This document shows positions 53,401 through 64,000 of a DNA stretch of 64,000 nt, piece by piece. Location: the NCBI RefSeq assembly GCF_009914755.1, contig NC_060925.1, one strand, 5' to 3'. The translations under genes were made by a program, and so were the position numbers. The stretch is from the human T2T-CHM13v2.0 reference genome, Homo sapiens. Within the stretch, counting starts at the first letter, position 1; each line of letters opens with the position of its first letter. The notes under the pieces were generated by a model. That model was not told the DNA's origin, did not search any database, and saw only the letters and a list, made by a program, of their open reading frames with translations.

Positions 53401-55358
53401 TGTAGTCTTGGCAGTCTGGGCTATTTCCCACCCATCCTTCTTGGGAGGGCTTTCCAGGTATTTGAGGGGATTTGAGTGTTGTGATCTAAGTTTTTGTTCA
53501 CTGATGTCACATCTGCATTGGTGGGCATCCCACACCTAGTAAAGCTGTGGTTCTTGTAGACTTGTAGAGGTATCATCTTGTTGGTCTTGGATAAGATCCA
53601 AAAGAATTTCCTAGATTACCAAGCAGAGATTATTTTCTCTTCCCTTACTTTCTCTCAAACAAACAAAGTCTCTCTCTCTGTGCTGAGCTGCCTGGAGTTG
53701 CAGGAGGGGGTGACACAAGCACCCCTGTGGCCGCCACCGCTGGGACTGTGCTGGGTCAGACCTGAAGTCAGCACAGCACTGGGTATCACCCAAGGCCCAT
53801 CATTACCACTACCTGGCTACTGCCTATGTTCACTCAAGGCCCTAGAGCTCTGCAATCATCAGGCAGCAAGGCCAGCCAGGCTGTGTTCTTCCCTTCAGGG
53901 TGGTGAGTTCTCTTGAGCTCTGCTGTCTGGTAGCCAGAGCCTGGAGTCAGAAATCTTAGAAATCTACCTGATGCTCTGTTCTGCTGTAGTTTAACTGACA
54001 CCCAAGCCACAAGACAAAGCCTTCCCTCTCTTCCCCTTTTCATGGGCAGAGGAGTCTCTCCCCATGGCCACCATCACCACTGGCTTATTGGGAATACTGC
54101 CAGGCTTCCACTGATGTTCACTTAAGGCCCTAGGGCTCTTCAGTCAGCTTGTGATGAATGCTTCACTCTGAGATTCACCCTTCAGAGCAGTGGGATCCTC
54201 TATGGCCCTGGGGAGGTCCAGAAATGCCATCCAAGAGCTAAGGCCTAGAATTGGTAACCCCAAGAGCCTTCCTGGTGCTCTAGCCTATTGCAGCTGAGCT
54301 GGTACCTAACCTGCAAGACAAAGTTCTGTTTATTATTCCCTCTGATTTTCTTAAGCAGAAAGGCCCTCTTTCTTTGTAGCCATAACAGCTGGGAATGTGC
54401 TGGGACACACCTAAATTCAGCATGGCCCTCAGTCTCACAAAAGGCCCACAATGAGTACTTGCCTGGGTACCACTGCCAATTATTTAGGGCCCAGGGGCTC
54501 TTCAGTCAGTGGGTAATGAATTCTCCCAGGCCTGGGTCCTTCCCTTCAAGTCAGCAGGCTCCCTTCTGGCTCAGGGTGTGTCTAGAAATGTTATCTGGGA
54601 GCTAGAGCTGGAAAGGGGGTCTCAGAACTCTGCCTTGTGATCTCTTCTACTGTGGCTGAGCTGGTATTCAAGTTGCAAGACAAAGTCCTCCTTATTCTTC
54701 CTCCCCTCTCCTCAAGCAGAGAAAAGGAGTCTCTTTCCGAGCTTTGAGCTGCACTGCCTAGGGTTAGGGGAGGGGTAATGCAAGTATACCCTTAGCTGCC
54801 CTGGCTGGTGTCTCACTAGATCACATGTCCCTTAAGTTCACTGGCTCTGAGCCCAGCACAGCACCAGAACTTGCCTAGAAGTTGCAGTCCTTGTGGCCCA
54901 AACTGCCTTTCCAGTTTTTTAGGACCCCAGAGAACTTTAGCCCATGGTGGCAAGGTTTGCTGAACTGAAGCTACAATCACTGGGGTGGGCGATTCCCCTC
55001 TGGCTGGGGCTTGTCTAAATAAATGTCCCCTTCATGGGTGCCAGCTAAGTTCTGTCCAGTGTTGGCACTAAGTTCCAGTGCAAAGTCCTACAATCACTGT
55101 GTTCTTCCTCCACGTGCACAGATTCCGTCTCCGCACCATGTAGCCACTGCCAGGGGATGCAGGAAGGGTGGTGTTGGCAATTCAAGACTGTCTTTCCTAT
55201 CCTCTTCTTGACATGAAGATAAAACCCAATACAGTGATCACTCACCTGATTTTATGGTTCTTATAAAGGCATTTTTTTGTTTAGAGAGTTGTTAAATTTA
55301 GTGTTCCTGCAGGGAGGAAAATCAGTGGAGGCTTCTATTTGGCCATCTTGCTCTGCCT
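47415..55358 (-). mobile_element. Near full-length degraded L1 (L1MA1-3-like)
   Basis: 3'UTR near 47420; ORF2 relics (48930..49115; endonuclease-like 51255..51581); ORF1 coiled coil 52920..53228; 5' end reverse complement GGCAGAGCAAGATGGCC. Confidence 0.88.
50133..50497 (+). mobile_element. MSTA/THE1-type MaLR LTR nested in the L1
   Basis: TGATATCATTTGG...GACTAATACA; TSD GAAGT/GAAGC. Confidence 0.8.
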
Positions 55359-55969
55359 TCATCTCAAATGAGCAGTTATACATTTTTTCATCAAAGTATT
55401 CAGCAAATGAAGCTCCAAGATGCTCTAAACTTAGGACATTTTAGTAAGTTGATATTGAACAAAGAATGTTGCAAATAGTGAAACTTTGAAAGAGGCAAGA
55501 ACGAATCAAATAAGGAGTGCTCTAATGCTATACAATATACAAATTCTATAATTGCAATTTATAATGTTTCAATTTTTGGGAAGAATCTTTTGATGGAGCA
55601 ACTATTTTATAAGATATTATTTTTAATCAGATACATTTTTTGCTATATTAGATTGGAAAGAAACTTAAGAGACCTATGATCTTGCAACATCTAAATCTGG
55701 TGAGACATTTCAAAGAGTCATAGAGATAACTTACTTGACAAGTTTCCTCTTGTAAAGATGTTTGTTGAAGCAAGGAGCTCTGGACGGAGGCAAACAGAGC
55801 ACCTGTGAAACATTTGAGTTGAAATATTTCAACATTTTAATGGAAAAAATAGAACTGAGAATACCCTACATTTGACAGAACTTGCTCTGAGCATCTGTAG
55901 AGATATTTTTTCTCGATTAAAGTTTTTGAGTTAAAAATTTTCTGATCTACAAAGACAATCAGTAGAAGG

Positions 55970-56346
55970 TATTATGGGCTGAATTATGTCCCTCCAAAAT
56001 TTATATGTTGAAGTGTCAACCTCCACTACCACAGTGTGACTGTATTTGGAGATATGGCTTTTAAAGAGATAAGTGAGGTAATATGAGGTCATTTTGGTGG
56101 TCCTTAATCCAGTACGATTGGTGTCTTTATAAGAAGAGGATGTTAAGACACAGACACACACCTAGGGAAGACTTTGTGAAGATGCGTGGAGAAGGTGGTT
56201 GTCTATAAGCCAAGGACAGACGCCTTCAGAAGAAACCAACTCTAATCATGGACTTCTAGCCCTCAGAATTGTGAGGAAATAAGTTTCTGTTGTTTAAGCC
56301 TCTCAGTCTGAGGTACTTGTTATGGCAGCCCTAGTAAGATAAAATG
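55970..56346 (+). mobile_element. MLT1B-like MaLR LTR
   Basis: TATGGGCTGAATTATGTCCC...GTTATGGCAGCCCTAG. Confidence 0.72.
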
Positions 56347-57379
56347 GGAGGTACCAGCGTTTTTAAATTGATTAACCATAAAAATTAACTTTGAAGAAGA
56401 TTTCAGGCAATATTATTTAAAAATTTAATTAATAAAATCAAATTGAAAAAACTCTATTCTTCAGAAAAATGCCAGTGGCACAATATTAGAAATAAGGCCA
56501 AGAAACGAATTAAAGTTTGTGAATATGTAGCATGAATAATTATTCAGAATTCTACAGTTTTATTTACTGTACATATGTTTATTTTTACATTTTAGAAACT
56601 ATATTTTTGGAAATAGTTTTAATAGAACTATTTTGTAGTTATTTTTAAAGAACTACTTATTTTGTTTTATAAGTCCATTAGTACAATAAAACACTTTTTC
56701 AATCAAAAATAAATATTTCAAAGATTTCATAATTTTAATGCCCCCTTTCACCCTCCAGTGTGTCTGGCTTTGGATGATGAATCACATGAAGAGACTAGAA
56801 TTGCTGAGTGGACATTCCATTATTCATTGAATGTTCTCATAAACAATCAGCAGAAAAGGAAAACCCATATGTGCACCAAGTGCTAGCCCAGCCATTTTGT
56901 AAACTAATGACAAAAAGAGAACGTGAATTTAATTTCTTGTGAATCTGACATACTTTGCATATATTTCATGGCCATTCAAGTGGATCTGGACAAGGGTTTC
57001 TCGATTCCCCTGTGATGCTTGCGGTTTGCACTTTAGCTCTTTGTATATGTGTCTGGATTATCTTCATCTTCAGAATCCCCACACCCTGATGGCTCCTTAT
57101 CTTATTGCCCTGGCTAGTCCAGGGAGGAAGATAGGCTGGAGTCATCCTTGGTATTCTCCCAGTCTTCTCCCCAACCTCCTTCCTGCCGCTTTACTTATGT
57201 AACAACAGTACTCTGAGCAAGCCCTGTCCTGAGCACTCTGTGAACATGGGAATCTTCATAACGACCCTATGCGGTAGTCATGGTTCTTACATGGCCACTT
57301 TCCAGGCGAGGAAACTGACGGAGACACTAAGAGATCTGACCAAGGTCAAATAGCTCAAAAATGCATTTCAAAGTTGGCT

Positions 57380-58520
57380 GTCTGGCTCCGGCGTCCAGGA
57401 TCTTAGCGCACACTCTGCTGTCCTTTGGCCCAACCGCAACTCGAGGCCACCTCTCATTCCTGCCCAGGCGCCAGCGTTTGGACCTTAGGACCCAGGGAAA
57501 GTTGGGTGGAGCAGGTCAGGTGGCACCACCACAAGTTTCAGGATTCCCTCTCTTCAAAGCACCCCATCCATGACGCCGCCCCTGGCTGCCTGGCCGCCCC
57601 CGCTGCGCCCCCGGCCCTCTCTACTGATGGATGGAGCATCGCCCCCAAGCGGTGACCCACCGGTGAGTCCCGGGTGGCCTAGGGTAAGGCGGACCGGGAG
57701 CCACCTCACACCCACACAGCCTGCGGGAAGGATCCGACAAGGTGAGGGTAGCCCCGCGCGGGGCCGCAACAGCCTATTCCTCCCGTGTGTGACGACCCCA
57801 GCCAGAGAGAACCCAACCTGAGTGCCAGCGAGAGCCTGTCCTTGGTCGCTCCGACCCCTCGCCAGGGGATGTCCGGTAGGAATAGCACTGAGCTGAGGTG
57901 ACGGCGCGGAGGCGCCAAAATCTCCACTTAGGGCAATGAAAGGTCATCGGTCTCCCTCTTGCCGGCACTGAAGGAACCGGCGGGGTGCGACAAGGTGGGG
58001 CGGGGCAAGGAAGCGGATCTTCATCCATGTCCCTGGATGGAGTAAGGCACACTCTGGAGGTAGCAGCGAGTTTGAAGTGTCTAAGAAAAAGGCCTTCTGC
58101 AATTCACAATTCGTATGGCTACCTGCACCTTTCATTTACCCACTCAAAGCTAAAGGTAGCCGACGTTTTTCAAAAACTCTGGAGGGGCATTCAACATTTT
58201 TTAGGTGGCCTGAACTGCCGAGGAAAACAAATGCTGGCCAGATTCCAAGTGAAATACTGCACAGGATCCCCCAAGGCACGAAGCTGGCTGGAGGGAGCTG
58301 GAGGGAGCGCCCCACCTGCCGCGGGAAACTCACGAGGAAAGTGCAGACCTTCGGTGGCGCTGGCACCCGCGTGGCCCTGATTCCTAAGACGACTTGGCAT
58401 TGGCCACTAGGGTTCTCTTCTCTCCAGCCAGTACAGGCCACCACTGTCTGGTCAGGGACAGAAGCGGGGCAGTCACCACCGTCTCCAGATGAGCGACACC
58501 GGGAGTCTTTAAATCTCCCG
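57380..58520. promoter_or_regulatory. CpG island with no gene recognised in the window
   Basis: Visibly GC-rich and CpG-dense against a CpG-poor background; GC box GGGGCGGGGC near 57997; boundaries approximate. Confidence 0.75.
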
Positions 58521-59117
58521 ACTGAGAAGCTCTTTGTGTCCAGATCGGAGGTGGGCAAGTCTGTGGGACCAGATGCCCAGACTTGCCCATTGTCCCCCAC
58601 CCCCACCCCAATGACACTTGCTTCTCTCTTGTTCTATCTCTAGTTCCTCACTCCATTACTCTGTTGTTTTTTCAAAAAATCGCTATCAGAGTAATCCTTT
58701 GGATGTGACCAGTTCCATCAGCTGCAGCAGCATTTCACAAAATGTTTCAAATAACCCTAGCTTTTTGCAAGCTAGTAACAAACTAAACCTGTTTTTTGGG
58801 AAATGCTATCCTATACTCATGCTGTGTGTGGGCCACAAATTTGGTTTTATATTTCTGGTAGACCAGTGAAAAATTAGAAACAAAATTAATTACACAATTT
58901 ATAATGTGCAGAAAATCAGAGCAAACCAACAAGGCAAACTATTTTAGATTGAAAGACCAGAAATATACTTCCCTCCAGGATTTTTATTGCCAGAACACTG
59001 CATAATCCAAGGATCAACATCCTCACAGTAAACACAAAGGCCTATTTTTACATATGAATGCTCCCTATAGCATCCCTTAAAAGAAAGGGAGGGCTTAAGT
59101 CCAAAACGCAATCAATC

Positions 59118-60521
<1,404 letters not shown>

Positions 60522-60597
60522 AAAATGCAATCAATCAAAGCAAACCTATGGGACGCTTATATAAAAGGCAGGTTTCAGCTTTCTACTGATCTCTCTA

Positions 60598-60915
60598 GAG
60601 CGATGTTGTACAATATGGTAGTCACTAGTCACAGGTGGCTACTGAGCACTTGAAATGCGAATAGTCCAAACTAAGATGTATTATAAGTTGGAAATGCACG
60701 CCAGATTTTGAATATTTTCTAGAGGGGAAAAAAAGTAAACTATCTCAGTAATTTTTATATTGATCACATGTTGATATATATTAGGTATACTAGATTAAAT
60801 AAAATATATTATTACATTAGTTTCACTTGTTTCTTTTTACTTTTCTAGATGTGGCTTTTTAAAAAATTTAGAGTTCCATATGTGGCTCCCATTATTTTTC
60901 TATTGGACAGAGCTG
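60598..60915. mobile_element. MER33-like hAT-Charlie element
   Basis: CAATATGGTAGTCACTAGTCACAGGTGGCTACTGAGCAC...CTATTGGACAG. Confidence 0.65.
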
Positions 60916-61439
60916 CAATGTTTCTTGAACTATATACTCTAAGATATCAATATATATACTATATATGACAAAAGGGTTTCATAGTTTAATAATTTGGAAA
61001 GCACTGCCTACTATATTCCTTCGTCTTGTGTTCTGCAGGGTAACCTGAGATTTTGGGGAAAAATTTTTATGGATTAAATGTATTTGGGATATGCCAGTTA
61101 AGAACGGAGGACTTAGAACTCTCAATGTAATGTGAATTATGATTTTCTAAGAGAGGCATCTTATATACAGTATTTCTCCAACACACTCAAAGAACGCTTT
61201 TCATCATAAACACAACCCCCATTAATACAATTCTGAAGGAGAGTTTAGGGAACTGGAGTAGAAGATAAAGCTCATAGGCCTTACTTTGCTTCATATATCT
61301 GTTGTATGGCTCAAGGCTTGCATTGTAAGTCTTTTCTCTAGCTTTTCCCTCAACTAATAGCTAGACTAGTATTTTCACCAGATACTGGTGAAGTCCTCAC
61401 CCCAGACATAATCAATCAGACCCTTGGAGATCACCCTTT

Positions 61440-62300
61440 TGTGTTAGTTAAGCCTTGTTGTGTAAGAAACTACCCCAAAATATAATGGTTTAAAGTGGCA
61501 ACAATTTAACACGCTACTATATGGATAAACCTTGAGGACATCATCCTGAATGAAATAAGCCAGTCATGAAAAGACAACAGTGTATGATTCCACTTTTATG
61601 AGAGATCTAGACTAGTCAGTATAATGGAAACAGAAAGTAGAATAGTGGTTGCCAGGAGTTGGGGAGTGGAGGAAAATTGGGAGTCATTTGATGGGTACGG
61701 AGTTTCCGTTTTGCAAAACAAAAACCGAAAGAGTTAGTTGTTAGAAAAAGTCCTAGAGATCTGTTACACAACAATATGATTATAGCTAACACTACTGTAC
61801 ACTTAAATATGGTTGAGAGTGTACATTTTTATTGTGTTTTTTAACCATAATTTCAGAAAATTAAAAATAAGGTAAAATCAAAACAGCAACAATTTATTTA
61901 GCTCACAATTCTGTGGGCCAGCAGTTTGGGCTGGGATGAGCCAAGTACTTCTGGTCTTGGCGGCTGGGCTTACTCATGCATTTGTGGTTGGCTGGCAGTC
62001 AACTAGTGGGCTCTGCTTCTGGGGGTTGCCTGGCTGTCAGCTGAGGCCATTGGGAGTGACTGGCCACATGTTTCTCATTGTCCCTCAGGCTAACTCTGGT
62101 CACATGACAATAACAGCTTTCCAAGAGTATGAGCAAAAGCCTCATGGCCTCTTCAGAACTAGGTTTAGAACTCACACAATGTTACTCTAGCTGTGTCCTA
62201 TTAGTCAAAGCAAATAACAAGGCTAGCCCAGATTCAAGGGGTGAGCTAAGCAACTCCTGATACAAGGCGCTAAAAAGCACTGTGACTATTTTTACAATTG
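61440..62300 (-). mobile_element. Old MLT1 LTR containing an L1MA/MB 3' fragment (~61510-61885, +)
   Basis: GCAACAATTTA duplicated on either side of an L1 3'UTR segment. Confidence 0.55.
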
Positions 62301-63239
62301 TCCACACTTGTCCTGCATCCCATTTTCTAGAATAATCCATTTTCTTATATTTTATATGAGAAAATTTCCTGTTTCTTATATTTTATATACTCAGAAGCAT
62401 ACTACTCTTTTGTGCATCACTTTCTTTTACTTTCTCAGACACTCTTTCATCTCATCAGCATATCAGAAGTATTTTATTCTTTTTAGTGGTGAATTTTTGC
62501 ATTATCATTTTGCTGGGCTTGCCTCACTCCCCTGTCTCTCCATTATCTTTGCTGTATCTCAATGCTAAATGCTAAATATTATAAAAACAATCTTCTCTAA
62601 AAGTGTCCCCTTGACTTTCTCCCTCTGCCTCTAACAATTTCCTTGGGAATCCTAAAATCCAGATGCCTGGCTGTCCACTCCTTAGGCTGGGTTCCTTTTC
62701 ACTTGCTGTAGTAGTTATTATGGGCTAACTTGCCTTGTAATGTTTGACTCACTAGGTCATAAGTTTTTATTTACTTATCTATCTGCACCAGTGATGGTAA
62801 GCCCTGTGTCTTGTTTACTTGTATAGCCAAGCACTCACAAGGTACCTGACACAATATAGGCATTCAGTAGGTAATTATTAAATAAATGAATAAACATTAA
62901 TTAATAAATAGGTTGATGTAGGTGCATTCCCAAGGTGTTTACTGCAAACTACACCATCTAACTATAAGATCCCCTATAGGGGATTCCCTGTAGGGGATGG
63001 GAATTGCACCTCTTCTCTTTCTTCCTTCTAGCTTGTGACTCATCTTTTACTGGAAGGATACCTTCTTTTAATATCTCCTATCTGATTTCCCATATGCAAA
63101 TCAACACTCTCAGCTTTCATGTGTTCACACCATGAGTACCATCTGCCAGACTCTATCTCTTTATTAGAGTATTTCTCCTCTATATGTGCTTTAACTGATG
63201 AGAGTGCTCTAGAAACAAGAGCCCCTCCCCCATCATTCC

Positions 63240-63800
63240 TTCATATGCACTTGAAAAGAATATGACTGTGTAAAAGTGTATATTGTGTAAATTTTTGTGT
63301 AATGTTTATATATGTCAATTAGGCCAAATATTAATAACATGCTCAGGTCTAGACACTTACTGACTTTTTTCTTTGTTCTGTTACTGTGAGAGGTATTAGA
63401 AGTCTCCTACTATGATTGTAGACTGGTCTTTTCTCCTTTTAGTTCTGGCAATTTTTGCTTTCCATATTTTGTAGCTATGTTCATGAGTACATAGAGATTA
63501 AGAGTTTTTATATCTCCCTGTTAGATTGACACTTATTGTTATAAAATGTCTTTATCTCTAGGAATGCTTCTTGTTTTAAAATCTACTTTGTCTGATATCA
63601 ATATAGCTATACCTACTTTCTTTTGGTTAGTGATTGCATAGCATACTTTTTCCATCCTTTTATTTTAATCTTGCTGTGTCACTGTCATATTTTTCTTAAA
63701 AGTAGCATTTACTTGAATATTTTTAAAAAAGAAAACACATCAGTAATCTTTGACTAATAAATGGAGTATTTAGCCCATTTATATTTAATGTAACTACTGG
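63240..63800 (-). mobile_element. Ancient L1M ORF2 fragment
   Basis: Similar to the antisense endonuclease region of the L1 at ~51.3-51.8 kb. Confidence 0.5.
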
Positions 63801-64000
63801 TATATTTCTGGTATATTTAAGTAACTTTCCCAAAGCCACAGCATGTTAGTGGGAGAGTGCACACTAGGCATTTCCTGACTTTCAAGTCCAGGATGCTTTC
63901 TCATTCATTACCTCAGACTTGGGTTAAAGGCTGTATTTCCCACCCTCACATCTGCTTCTGCCACTGCTGTAATATTTAGTCCTTCAAGTTCCTTCAGAGA

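Larger units (their letters stand above)
44490..56797 (+). mobile_element. Near full-length hAT-Blackjack DNA transposon, fragmented by nested insertions
   Basis: MER94/Blackjack-like termini at both ends. Transposase relics on +: LISMSSDISNRKS (ORF 45846..46034), GTMCFLSLLPIVNRILEMFESWKNYF (47242-47319), LTELALS/ASVEIFF (55872-55915). Confidence 0.65.

Noticed and set aside
47415-55358. Possible active L1
   Set aside because: ORF1 and ORF2 are broken by many stops and an LTR insertion
57920-58500. Partial CTCF-like motifs in the CpG island
   Set aside because: Each has several core mismatches; not supportable without scoring
58077-58643. Longest ORFs (188 aa on +, 156 aa on -, 131 aa on +) in the CpG island
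   Set aside because: Overlapping ORFs on both strands are expected in GC-rich DNA; no recognisable domain, and the starts of the two + ORFs are non-ATG

Overview
Primate (very likely human, 1p13) genomic DNA from the GH18 chitinase cluster. Two chitinase-family loci lie on the + strand. (1) CHI3L2 (YKL-39) is intact: 10 coding exons (14545-29191) splice with GT/AG boundaries to 1173 nt = 390 aa + stop. Its catalytic motif is degenerate (FDGLDVSWIYP) and a non-coding exon 11 follows. (2) An unprocessed CHIA-like pseudogene (by position probably CHIAP1, ~34289-43840) keeps an intact DxxDxDxE motif and an intact CBM14 exon but carries about 9 disabling lesions. The rest is mostly transposon-derived: Alus, an SVA, L1s, ERV1/MaLR LTRs, and a near-complete hAT-Blackjack transposon inflated to ~12 kb by nested insertions. 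There is also an orphan CpG island at ~57.4-58.5 kb. Most ORF-track entries are non-coding noise. Best leads: a young AluYa and an inverted AluJ bracket the 30-nt signal-peptide microexon of CHI3L2, a possible secretion switch; the pseudogene lacks the AMCase acid-optimum His; and its 5'UTR shares an unexplained ~29-nt segment with its own intron 10. Repeat subfamily names are from memory of consensus sequences and need RepeatMasker/Dfam confirmation.
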